A DNA stretch of 55,701 nucleotides from a virus. Lineage: Duplodnaviria; Caudoviricetes. The notes under the pieces were generated by a model, which was not told where the DNA came from, did not search any database, and saw only the letters and a program-made list of their open reading frames with translations. The stretch covers positions 1 through 55,701 of the IMG/VR virus record IMGVR_UViG_3300044675_003951; one strand, 5' to 3'. A program made the translations under genes and the position numbers. Below are positions 1 through 8,397 of the stretch, piece by piece. Within the stretch, counting starts at the first letter, position 1. Every line of letters starts with the position of its first letter.

Positions 1-1
1 A

Positions 2-1321
2 GATGGTGTGGTATTCAGGATCAAAAGGACCCTGCTTCATCACATTGTCAATGAACACAAGATAGATACGTCCTGTGTCAGTGCGTTCTTTAAGGATGCC
101 GCCCTTGAACACTTCTTCTGCGCTCATGGTTTTCTTGCGAAGGTCCTTGCGCTTTTCGTATTTGACGTAGAGTTCTTCAAACAGTTCAGTGTTGCTGTAG
201 AATGCTTGATACAGATCTGGAACTTGATTAGGGTCAAAGAATGTTATGTTTTCTTTGTTCTTGAATCGTCTCCAGAAGAATGCTGACAGTACGACTCCAT
301 AATCCATGTGTCGAACTCGGGTCTCTTCTGTGCCTTGATTGTTCTTGAGTACAATAAGATCATCAAATTGATGATGCCAAATAGGATAAAACACAGTAGC
401 ACTTGCATTACGAATACCTCCTTGTGAACATGAGCGTAGGTCTCCAAACCATTTTTTCAAGAATGGTATCATGCCTGTGTGCATGATTTCACCTCCACGG
501 ATGGGTGAACCCAATGGACGAAGACGTCCTATCTCCAAGCCAATGCCAGCACGTTTGCTAGCATACTTGGCCATCATTTCTCCCGAAGCAAATATACTAT
601 CCAAGTCATCATCGCTACGTATAAGAACACAACTCGAAAACTGCTTTGTAGGAGTACCCAGTCCAGCAAGTACAGGAGTAGCAAGAGTAAAGAGACCGTC
701 TGAAGCAGCGTTGTAGTATTCTTTGATGTAGCGCATTCTCGCTGTGTTCGGTTCTTCTGAGTGAAATACAGTAGCGGCCGCGACCATGTATCTAATTTGT
801 GGAGTTTCATAGGTTTGTCCTGTACTACGATTTTTTACCAGGTACTTTTCAATCAGCTGCTCAATGGCTGCATAGCTGTATTGTTCGTCCTTGGCATGGT
901 CCAGCATGTCATTCATTCTGTTCCAGTCATCCGGGGTGTACCATTCCAGTAGTTCGGGCGTGTACAAGCCTGTGGCCACATTGGTCTTCACAATCTCATA
1001 CAGGTGAGGAGGCGTGTAGGTTCCATAAACATCTTTTCTTAGCATACTGAGTCGCTGTTTGCCAGCTACAAACTGATAGTTGGTATGTCCAACTCCAGGA
1101 TTTGATTCTACATCAATCAAGTCCACAATAGCTCTGAGCGTGATACCATCAATTTCTCTTGTGGTAATACCATCATAAAAATGCAATTGTGCCTTGATTT
1201 CTACCATGCTTTGACTAACATCTGCAATGCCGGAACATACCTTTGCAATCTGTGTTTGCCATTTTTCCAACGCCAAGGGCTCGCGAAGGCCATTGCGTTT
1301 TTGTACTGTGATTGTTTTCAT
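2..1321 (-). CDS. nrdA: Ribonucleoside-diphosphate reductase alpha subunit (class Ia) with N-terminal ATP cone; 3' part lies outside the window
   Basis: Absent from the ORF track because it runs off the edge. Manual translation from ATG 1321: MKTITVQKRNGLREPL...ETPQIRYMVAA...LATPVLAGLGTPTKQFSSCVL...SCSQGGIRNASATVFYPIWH...ERTDTGRIY, all NrdA hallmarks. Confidence 0.96.
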   Translation of the reverse strand, partial: MKTITVQKRNGLREPLALEKWQTQIAKVCSGIADVSQSMVEIKAQLHFYDGITTREIDGITLRAIVDLIDVESNPGVGHTNYQFVAGKQRLSMLRKDVYGTYTPPHLYEIVKTNVATGLYTPELLEWYTPDDWNRMNDMLDHAKDEQYSYAAIEQLIEKYLVKNRSTGQTYETPQIRYMVAAATVFHSEEPNTARMRYIKEYYNAASDGLFTLATPVLAGLGTPTKQFSSCVLIRSDDDLDSIFASGEMMAKYASKRAGIGLEIGRLRPLGSPIRGGEIMHTGMIPFLKKWFGDLRSCSQGGIRNASATVFYPIWHHQFDDLIVLKNNQGTEETRVRHMDYGVVLSAFFWRRFKNKENITFFDPNQVPDLYQAFYSNTELFEELYVKYEKRKDLRKKTMSAEEVFKGGILKERTDTGRIYLVFIDNVMKQGPFDPEYHTI

Positions 1322-1323
1322 TA

Positions 1324-1749
1324 TTACCTAATTTGTTGTTTTAATTTGCTCTGACTGATGCTGTGCAGGAAATGTCTCGGCGCTGGATTGATATTTACGA
1401 TTTGTTCTTGATCCCAATTAAGTATATATTTCTTTTGAGGTACCAGGACTAAATTGTCACTGCCACATTCGGTTAGCACACAGTCTTGCAGATCAGCACG
1501 GTCTATTATAGTAATAGTATACAGTATTCCCAGGCCGCGAGCAAGAGGACAATACATATCGTCGCTCAAAAGCTGCCAAGGATCAGGCCAGTTTTCACAA
1601 TCATCCCAGTGCAAATGGTATGCTTTCCACGGGATTTTAAACCACCATGAGTTGATTATAGCAAGAGCAGAATCTACATCGGCTGCGCTGGCCTGGAGTC
1701 TGAGATTGTTCCAGGACTCCAGCCGATCGGCAAAATTTTTAGGCCACAT
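1324..1749 (-). CDS. Hypothetical protein, possibly transglutaminase-like cysteine protease fold
   Basis: WPDPWQLLSDDMYCPLARGLGILYTI loosely resembles the W.TP.E....GDCEDYAIAKY segment of BTLCP/LapG-like proteins; TGATG coupling to the upstream gene. Confidence 0.45.
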   Translation of the reverse strand: MWPKNFADRLESWNNLRLQASAADVDSALAIINSWWFKIPWKAYHLHWDDCENWPDPWQLLSDDMYCPLARGLGILYTITIIDRADLQDCVLTECGSDNLVLVPQKKYILNWDQEQIVNINPAPRHFLHSISQSKLKQQIR

Positions 1750-3512
1750 CAACCAAGATTGGTAATGCTGTACTTGATGGTAGCATTGCTACCAGTTGAG
1801 GTTGAAGTGTATTGCACCAGAATATTACCGCCAGTGCCAATCACATCTAGAGTAATTCCAGTAGATCCATTTTCTGAAAAATCGTCGGTGAACACAAAAC
1901 CAGTTGTGGTGGTGCTGGTGCCTTTTACAGCAATAATGGTGCCTCGTCGACGAAAATCTGCTCTGGCAATTGAATAATCCATCTGTATTGAACTGATGGC
2001 TGCGCCAGTGACAAAAGCAATGTTGCCACCTGTGGTGTTGTCTAGTAGAGTGTCCTGAATGCCAGCGGTGCGCTGATATGTGCCCAGGTCCAGCGCCTGA
2101 CCTAAACTTTCGGCCTGAACACCGCTTTGATACATCACAATGTCATGCACGTTCATGCTCATGGCCATTGAGTTAGTGTTGTTTAGGTCAATACGACTGT
2201 GTGTTGCGCTCTGACTGTTGTTGCGTTCAAACATGTCGCCAACGCTGACATTGTTCACAGCATCAATATCAATGATGCTGCTGGCTGGCAATGTGGCTCC
2301 GTTGAAGTGGTTGCCTACATCGTAAAATGTATTGTAGCCGCTGACGTTGCGACTGACATTGGTAAACACAATTCCTTGTATGTATATGTTGTCAAACATA
2401 TTCTGAACTATACGAACACCCGATGCGCCACCGTTGACAACTACTGTGTCACCCAATACAATACCTTGATACAGTGTATCAAATTGACTGTTGCTAATGG
2501 TGATGCCTTCGATTTGTTGATCTGTTTGCGAGGCGTAGGTAAAACCTTTGTATTTGCAATTGTTCAAGATCACACCACGAGTAACCAAACTGGCGGTGCT
2601 GGACCAATCAATTGCTCGTGTGTTTTCAACGGAATCCACTAGTTGTGTTGTGGTCAGGGGCCCTTCGATTGTGACTGAATCCATGCTGCACTGTTCAGCA
2701 TCTTCCCACAAGAAACCACTGTTCAATTGATTGGTTGTGATTGCCATGGCAGAAATTTCAATATTGCGTGGTGCGGTTGCACTGTTGGTAGCAATGTTTA
2801 CACCAGTCTGCTGAAGACTGTCAGCAGTTCGTCCAACGTAGTCAGGTAAACTTTCGAGTTCCCAATAAAGAGTGTCGCTGATAAGAATTCCAATTGGTAC
2901 ATCAGACAAGCTGCGATAAAAACTACCACTATTAGAAACCAATATTCCTTCAGCATATGCAATCAGCGAAGTATGTGCTTGTACATTGAAGTTGATGATA
3001 CTGCTGTTGCTGCCTTCGCCGTACAACTTGGCATACGGAGGTACGTTTATGGTGTCAGTAACGATATATGTGCCGGCAGGAAAGAACAAGCTGCGACGAA
3101 TTTGTGGATTAATTTCTCGGCAATACAACTGATTCAATGCACGATTTATTGCGGCAGTGTCATCTGTGGTGCCATCACCTGTTGCTCCAAAGTCTGTGAC
3201 TATTGCATAACTGTCTAGTCTTGATTGTATGCTCTGGCTAACAGGGCTTCCAGCAGTGGCACCTGTTTGCACAGTGTATCCAGCTGCTGCGCCGTCATAA
3301 GTGTAGGCTGTTGCAAAACCAAGGATATCTGAAAATTCAGTTAGTACTTCAGTGTTGCCCACAACAGGTGCACCGTCTTCGATGGTTCCGTTGCCAATAA
3401 ACAATCTGCGGTCGTCTACCGCCCAGCCTAGTTCGGCGCCAGCTAGGGGTTGTGGTAAGTCGGTTGTTAGACCCTTACGTTGGGTTATTCTTGAAATTTG
3501 TACAATTGCCAC
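1749..3512 (-). CDS. Virion tail fibre/spike: Mtd_N-like N-terminus plus pectate-lyase-like beta-helix
   Basis: N-terminal ITQRKG...GAELGWAVDDRRLFIGNG; VTDFGATGDGTTDDTAAINRAL...FFPAGTY (pectate_lyase_3 start); Asn/Ser/Thr-rich strands; TAAATA and AAGGA upstream of the GTG start. Confidence 0.75.
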   Translation of the reverse strand: MAIVQISRITQRKGLTTDLPQPLAGAELGWAVDDRRLFIGNGTIEDGAPVVGNTEVLTEFSDILGFATAYTYDGAAAGYTVQTGATAGSPVSQSIQSRLDSYAIVTDFGATGDGTTDDTAAINRALNQLYCREINPQIRRSLFFPAGTYIVTDTINVPPYAKLYGEGSNSSIINFNVQAHTSLIAYAEGILVSNSGSFYRSLSDVPIGILISDTLYWELESLPDYVGRTADSLQQTGVNIATNSATAPRNIEISAMAITTNQLNSGFLWEDAEQCSMDSVTIEGPLTTTQLVDSVENTRAIDWSSTASLVTRGVILNNCKYKGFTYASQTDQQIEGITISNSQFDTLYQGIVLGDTVVVNGGASGVRIVQNMFDNIYIQGIVFTNVSRNVSGYNTFYDVGNHFNGATLPASSIIDIDAVNNVSVGDMFERNNSQSATHSRIDLNNTNSMAMSMNVHDIVMYQSGVQAESLGQALDLGTYQRTAGIQDTLLDNTTGGNIAFVTGAAISSIQMDYSIARADFRRRGTIIAVKGTSTTTTGFVFTDDFSENGSTGITLDVIGTGGNILVQYTSTSTGSNATIKYSITNLG

Positions 3513-3542
3513 GATTTGTGATCCTTACAGGGTATCACATAT

Positions 3543-4253
3543 TTAGCGCGACTGGTAGTACATGTCTACTCGTTTCATCCATTCATTTGTCCAGTGTGCA
3601 AATTCGTCGCCTTCAATCACATACTCTGTATAAACAGGCTTGTCAAGGCTGCCGTCAGCTAACAAAGCAGGCTGTTGAGCCATTAAAATAACGCCGCAGT
3701 CAATGGCAGTAGCATGTGTTTCATTGTGTGCTGCTGCATACGCTGCCAACTGTATAAAATAGTCATCGATCCACTCACGCTTTTTGGGCTTGTTGGTTTG
3801 TTTAAAATCCATGATTGCCGGCCGCCCCTTCCAGAGTCCTAGGCAGTCAGTTGTGCCAGCATATAACCCACTATAATACAACGGCACTTCAACCCCCCAG
3901 CATTCGTCAACGTGTTGTAGTCCTTGCATGATTACTTCTGCTGCCATAAACCATGAAGGATGTGCAAAAGGATTGCCGGGCAAGGGTTTCATGTCGTCAT
4001 GCAGCATGTAGTGTTCAAGATAGCTGTGCATGCGTGTGCCGCGACTGGCAGCTTCTGTAGTGATTTCTTGTGCTTTTTGTTCCCCGACTCTCTTGCGCCA
4101 ATTGATCAGAACTTGTTTTTTTTCTTCACTCTTGGTACGATCTAGGATTGTGGTAACACTAGGAACTTTGCTGCCGTCGGGCAAACAGTAGTGTCGTTTG
4201 CCGTCAATGGTTTCGCGGTTGCAAGGGGTATAATTGTATCTCTGAACTATCAT
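3543..4253 (-). CDS. PD-(D/E)XK exonuclease (RecB/Cas4/MGME1-like phage exonuclease)
   Basis: PSVTTIL, RGTRMH, E...YAGTTD, IMDFK and QLAAY motifs. Confidence 0.85.
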   Translation of the reverse strand: MIVQRYNYTPCNRETIDGKRHYCLPDGSKVPSVTTILDRTKSEEKKQVLINWRKRVGEQKAQEITTEAASRGTRMHSYLEHYMLHDDMKPLPGNPFAHPSWFMAAEVIMQGLQHVDECWGVEVPLYYSGLYAGTTDCLGLWKGRPAIMDFKQTNKPKKREWIDDYFIQLAAYAAAHNETHATAIDCGVILMAQQPALLADGSLDKPVYTEYVIEGDEFAHWTNEWMKRVDMYYQSR

Positions 4254-4702
4254 GTGTTTACTTGTGTTACTTGTATGTTGGATTTTTTAAGAAAATCTAT
4301 GCCGGTGGTGTCGCGATAAGCTGTGCCAAACCAAACTCGTTTGATGCCAGACTGATAGATAAGTTTAGCACAATCCAAGCAAGGAGCATGGGTAATAAAA
4401 ATATCTGCGTCTAGGCCGGACTCATTGCTTCTAGCCAATTTAGCAACTGCATTGGACTCAGCATGCAAGACTTCTGGTTTGGTTTTTAATCTGGTCTCAA
4501 CTATGCAGCCGTTGTCATCAAACACATGTCCAATTTCATCTTCACAATTATTGTCCCACCCTGCGGGCATACCGTTGTAGCCAATGCTGACAATTCTATC
4601 TTCCTTGACTACTATGGCACCTACGTGTAGTCGCCGGGCATGACTGAGTTCTGCAAACACCTGTGCAGTCTGCATATAAGCATCGATATATTTTTGTTTC
4701 AA
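4250..4702 (-). CDS. cd: dCMP deaminase
   Basis: VGAIVV..GYNG, HAE and PCLDC zinc motifs; likely TTG start at 4702 overlapping the iscA stop. Confidence 0.92.
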   Translation of the reverse strand: MKQKYIDAYMQTAQVFAELSHARRLHVGAIVVKEDRIVSIGYNGMPAGWDNNCEDEIGHVFDDNGCIVETRLKTKPEVLHAESNAVAKLARSNESGLDADIFITHAPCLDCAKLIYQSGIKRVWFGTAYRDTTGIDFLKKSNIQVTQVNT

Positions 4703-5022
4703 ACTCGAAAACTTTCTCCACAACCACAGCGGTCGCGTTCGTTGGGATTTGAAAATTCAAATCCTTCATTAAGACCTTGACGAACATAATCCACAGTCAT
4801 ACCGTCAAGATACACTTCGTGTTTTTTATCTACCAGCACAGCAAAATCAGGTTGAACATAATTTATGGTACTGTTGTCACTGGGTTGCGTATCAACATAT
4901 TCTAACACATAAGCCAGGCCCGAACAACCAGTGGTTTTTACTGCCAGACGGATGCCTATGCCGCCGCGTTTTTCTAACAATCGTTTGATTTTGGTTCGAG
5001 CAGTGTCAGTGAACAAGATCAT
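4699..5022 (-). CDS. iscA: Fe-S cluster assembly A-type carrier IscA
   Basis: TTGCSGLAY and C-terminal CGCGESF motifs. Confidence 0.95.
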   Translation of the reverse strand: MILFTDTARTKIKRLLEKRGGIGIRLAVKTTGCSGLAYVLEYVDTQPSDNSTINYVQPDFAVLVDKKHEVYLDGMTVDYVRQGLNEGFEFSNPNERDRCGCGESFRV

Positions 5023-5392
5023 GTTTGATCCTGTAGTCAGCTACCGCCGCTTTGATGGCATCTTCTGCAAGTATTGAACAATGAATTTTAACAGGGGGGA
5101 GGGCAAGCTCAGAAGCAATTTGGCTATTTTTGATCGCTTCCGCCTGCTCAAGGGTACGTCCTTTGACCCACTCAGTAACAAGCGAACTTGACGCAATCGC
5201 GCTGCCGCAACCGTATGTTTTAAATCTTGCATCTGTGATTACTCCGTCAGTGACTTTGATCTGTAGCTTCATCACGTCACCGCAAGCAGGCGCACCGACC
5301 ATACCAGTGCCCACATCTGTGTCTTCTTTAGAGAAACTACCCACGTTTCTGGGGTTCTCATAATGATCAATTACCTGATTTGAATAAGCCAT
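5006..5392 (-). CDS. iscU: Fe-S cluster scaffold IscU
   Basis: DHYENPRNVG, GAPACGD, YGCGSAIAS and LPPVKIHC (HscA-binding LPPVK); all three Cys present. Confidence 0.97.
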   Translation of the reverse strand: MAYSNQVIDHYENPRNVGSFSKEDTDVGTGMVGAPACGDVMKLQIKVTDGVITDARFKTYGCGSAIASSSLVTEWVKGRTLEQAEAIKNSQIASELALPPVKIHCSILAEDAIKAAVADYRIKHDLVH

Positions 5393-5410
5393 AAAATTTT
5401 CCTTAGTTTA

Positions 5411-5439
5411 AGTATAAGGTATTTAACGACAAATGTCAA
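5411..5439 (-). promoter_or_regulatory. sigma70-type promoter of iscU-iscA-cd-exonuclease with a late TAAATA embedded in the spacer
   Basis: Minus strand TTGACA(5439-5434)-17 nt-TATACT(5416-5411); spacer contains TAAATA (5425-5420). Confidence 0.8.
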
Positions 5440-5451
5440 TGCAGTTTGGTG

Positions 5452-5817
5452 TTAAACGCCGCGATCTTTTTTCATTGCCGATTTAGCAGCAGCAGCCACA
5501 ATGTTCTGAGCTTTGTTGACTGGCATTGTGGCTGGTGCAGGCGCCTCACCACCTTTGAACACAATTGGATCTGTGGAGTCTGGCGCCAGTGGTTCCAGTA
5601 AATTGCTCAGTGGGGGTTGTCCTACCAATTCAGCAATGTTTTGGTCAGTGACATTGATGTCTAGACTTTGAGCCAGGCTAATAAATGCCTGTTGACTGAT
5701 TTGTTTTTGACTGCCAGTGTCTTTGGCTCGCCCGTTAAGAAATGAGACCAAGCCCATCAATTGATCAGGCTTGGGAGTAAATTCTGAGAGGCCGCCGTCG
5801 ACTTCAAATATTTTCAT
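5452..5817 (-). CDS. Hypothetical, probable virion/head protein
   Basis: 121 aa, starts MKIFEV, translationally coupled to the upstream late gene. Confidence 0.5.
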   Translation of the reverse strand: MKIFEVDGGLSEFTPKPDQLMGLVSFLNGRAKDTGSQKQISQQAFISLAQSLDINVTDQNIAELVGQPPLSNLLEPLAPDSTDPIVFKGGEAPAPATMPVNKAQNIVAAAAKSAMKKDRGV

Positions 5818-6698
5818 TATCTACGTGCTCGGCCCAGGCCAGCACTTGCAGGTGGTTCAGCTTCTGGGTCAGCAGCAAGATCATCAGCTGCACCCATGTC
5901 GGCACCCATTTCTGCGCCTAGGTCGGCACCCATGTCAGCACCCATTTCCGCGCCAGCCATGGCACCATCAGCAGCAGCGTCAACTGGTGCTTGTGCAGTA
6001 CCTGTGACCACGCCCAGAGCTTGATCCATTTGCAGCTTGGCGGCTTGTAGATTTTGCATCAATCCAGTTAGTGCAGCACTGGCGTCACCGTTGAATTGTG
6101 CAGCTTGGTCAATGCCAACTTGATTTTTGATACTGTCAACCAAGGCTGGCAGTTCTTTGAATTGCAGTTCAGATACGTCTTCTAGCATGGACTGCATCTT
6201 GTCAACCATGTCTTGGGCAGCCAACACAACTTGTGCCTGTTGCACTTCGCTTTCAGTTAGTCTACGTCCCAGTTGACGACGACGATAGCTTTCGGCTTGC
6301 ATCAATGCAGCACCAGCAACCATTTTTTGTTCATCAGGATTGAGTGTTTGTCCAGCAGTGCTTTTCTTGAGAGCAGCAGCCAGCTTGGGATCCTTGACCT
6401 TGGCCACAGCAGCAGCTGGATCAACTTGTCCATTGGCGCCCGGTGCATCCATCTCTTTGAGACGTCCACGCAAGGCTTGTTCCATCATTACCAATTTAAG
6501 ATAACTGGGGTTCTTTTCACTGTGATGGCGAGCTGTGGTACTTTGGTGTTCGCCCAGTAGGCCACGTACACGATCAAGCATGCCAGCAGTTTGACGACGA
6601 TTAAGTTGGTCAAAGCTGATACGTGAACCAAAGTAACTTTCGAATACTTTGGCGATTTGTTTACTTGGCTGAGGGGCCGCTAGTTCTTGCAGTTTCAT
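5817..6698 (-). CDS. Probable head/core structural protein
   Basis: MKLQEL start, LKE/LTE sites, helical, Gly/Ala/Asp-rich tail; TAAATA at 6727-6722 and GAGGA upstream. Confidence 0.5.
   Translation of the reverse strand: MKLQELAAPQPSKQIAKVFESYFGSRISFDQLNRRQTAGMLDRVRGLLGEHQSTTARHHSEKNPSYLKLVMMEQALRGRLKEMDAPGANGQVDPAAAVAKVKDPKLAAALKKSTAGQTLNPDEQKMVAGAALMQAESYRRRQLGRRLTESEVQQAQVVLAAQDMVDKMQSMLEDVSELQFKELPALVDSIKNQVGIDQAAQFNGDASAALTGLMQNLQAAKLQMDQALGVVTGTAQAPVDAAADGAMAGAEMGADMGADLGAEMGADMGAADDLAADPEAEPPASAGLGRARR
5890..5965. repeat. Degenerate 12-bp coding tandem repeat (GA[D/E][M/L]) in the tail of the 293-aa protein
   Basis: Protein reads GAEMGADMGADLGAEMGADMGA; DNA has recurring gcacccat units. 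Confidence 0.8.
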
Positions 6699-7146
6699 TT
6701 GAGAATCCTCTAATTTGCATATATTTAGCCGAGTTTACACATTTCTCCAATTCAGATGATACCGAATTTAACAGAATTTGCTTGGGCTGTACTTTCATGT
6801 TTATAATTTCATAAAAGTGATCTAACTGGCTGCGTCTACCTATGCCTTGACGGCAATGAATATCAGCTGCTAATGTTTGTTTTTTACGGTCTAAATTTAA
6901 AATTGTGTTGGCCAAAGTCAGCTGATTAAATTTGTCTGCTACACACCAGCTTACAGCATTGCGCTTGCTGTCAAAGCAGTGTATGTCTGATGACCAAGTG
7001 CTGACCATGTATCCGTGTGTTTGTTGTGTTATATGATACTTGCCAAACACAACATAACTGCCGTCATCTTCTTTCACAATCATGTTGTCGAGATTTCTCT
7101 TGAATTCTCGCTCAGCAAAGCGTTCTAGCTTTTGCTCTTTATTCAT
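6661..7146 (-). CDS. Hypothetical protein
   Basis: Start refined to ATG 7146 (MNKEQK), ATGA overlap with the upstream stop. Confidence 0.6.
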   Translation of the reverse strand: MNKEQKLERFAEREFKRNLDNMIVKEDDGSYVVFGKYHITQQTHGYMVSTWSSDIHCFDSKRNAVSWCVADKFNQLTLANTILNLDRKKQTLAADIHCRQGIGRRSQLDHFYEIINMKVQPKQILLNSVSSELEKCVNSAKYMQIRGFSNETARTSGPSAK

Positions 7147-7409
7147 AGAGTTTTGACATACTGCGTTATCAACCAACCGCACACTGCCAGCAGCACTCCA
7201 ATCATGCCTATACCCCAGTTGATCACTTGACTGTTGCGATTTTCTGACATTTTATGAACTAATCTATGAGTGTTCTCTGCCATAATTTTGAGATCATTTA
7301 TGTCTGACCTAACGTCTGTAAATTGCCGTTCTAGTGCTTTGTATCGCTCTGCACACAATTCCACATGTGCTTCCAGACTTTTCTTTTCGATGTCGGTGGT
7401 ATCAGCCAT
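7143..7409 (-). CDS. Small coiled-coil protein with C-terminal TM helix (XhlA/holin-like architecture)
   Basis: Heptad-like N-terminal region then WGIGMIGVLLAVCGWLI; TAAATA at 7433-7428. Confidence 0.5.
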   Translation of the reverse strand: MADTTDIEKKSLEAHVELCAERYKALERQFTDVRSDINDLKIMAENTHRLVHKMSENRNSQVINWGIGMIGVLLAVCGWLITQYVKTL

Positions 7410-7410
7410 T

Positions 7411-7845
7411 TTATTGTTCCAGTGTATTATTTAGTAACACAAACCAAATGTTTTGATCAGGGCCGTGAGTAGAAATACTACGTTCAACTCCTGCTGTTTC
7501 GGTGAGTCCTGTCAGCATTGGCACTCCATTGCAGTCTTGCAGTAGGCCTGCCAGTGGATCAGGATTGTTGCCATTTAGATACACACCTTCAGATTCTATG
7601 GCAAATTCAAATTCCCATGTTCCCAACCGGTGAACAGGCAACACCAGGTCTGTAGGTTGTGCTTTGAGTCCCAGTATTTGCAACAAAGTTTCCCAGTTGC
7701 GCTGTTGATTTCTACTGCGATTCCAGTCAGCAAGATCTAGTACCGGTTGTCCCGACTTGTCTTCAAACGGGATCATACTAGTGCGGAAGCTGCCTGTAAC
7801 GCCTGTATAACTGCAATCAAAAAGTGTTCGGCACTGTATTCTCAT
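7411..7845 (-). CDS. Hypothetical late protein
   Basis: Start refined to ATG 7845, 8 nt after TAAATA (7859-7854). Confidence 0.55.
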   Translation of the reverse strand: MRIQCRTLFDCSYTGVTGSFRTSMIPFEDKSGQPVLDLADWNRSRNQQRNWETLLQILGLKAQPTDLVLPVHRLGTWEFEFAIESEGVYLNGNNPDPLAGLLQDCNGVPMLTGLTETAGVERSISTHGPDQNIWFVLLNNTLEQ

Positions 7846-7864
7846 TAGACAGATATTTAAGGCC

Positions 7865-7898
7865 AAAAAGAAACCCTGGATTTTTTACGTCCAGGGTT
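7865..7898 (-). terminator. Rho-independent terminator after the 136-aa gene
   Basis: Minus strand AACCCTGGA-9 nt loop-TCCAGGGTT followed by TCTTTTT. Confidence 0.85.
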
Positions 7899-7922
7899 GA
7901 GGTGGTCAACTAAACCTAGCTA

Positions 7923-8333
7923 TTAAGCCAAGTTAGTGAAGCTAGCTGTGCTAGTAACGTTGGCAGTTGGAATGCCAATGTTCAAGCCACCAGTTGCGTT
8001 GGCTGTTTGAGCAGCAGCAACCAGAGTAGTTGTGGTGTAAGCGCCACTTGGGTAGATAGCCAAGCTGATTGTACCAGCTGTTGCGCCGGCTTGGTAAATT
8101 GCGATTGTACCAAGTTGTTGAACAGATGTCAACACGTTGTTCAAGTAACCGTTAACGTTACCAGCGTTGGTCAACGCGGCGTTAGCTGTCAAAGTGAAGA
8201 AGTCAAGTTTTGGACCTTGGATCTGAACTGGACCTTGAGCTGCTACGTTAGCTGTTCCTGCGATGGAACCATTTCCTACGTCCAGTGCAAATACTGGTTG
8301 TGTGGTTCCGTTTACTTTTGTAAATACTGCCAT
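7923..8333 (-). CDS. Small Ala/Thr/Gly/Asn-rich, probably abundant virion protein
   Basis: Own TAAATA (8382-8377), AAAGGA SD, own terminator, biased codons (GCT, AAC, TTC), nearly uncharged. Confidence 0.6.
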   Translation of the reverse strand: MAVFTKVNGTTQPVFALDVGNGSIAGTANVAAQGPVQIQGPKLDFFTLTANAALTNAGNVNGYLNNVLTSVQQLGTIAIYQAGATAGTISLAIYPSGAYTTTTLVAAAQTANATGGLNIGIPTANVTSTASFTNLA

Positions 8334-8397
8334 GATAAATTTCCTTTAAGTTAGTGGGACACATGATCCCTGCTTTTATTTAGTTAGTTTGGAAAAA

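Noticed and set aside
8-1050. Short ORFs listed over the first kilobase
   Set aside because: All are shadows of nrdA, which is open on the minus strand from 1321 to the window edge
1749-3512. Diversity-generating retroelement target because of the Mtd_N-like N-terminus
   Set aside because: No reverse transcriptase or TR/VR pair is visible in the window; the C-terminus is a beta-helix, not a C-type lectin
3543-4253. Exonuclease as CRISPR Cas4
   Set aside because: It lacks the C-terminal Cys cluster of Cas4 and has no CRISPR context
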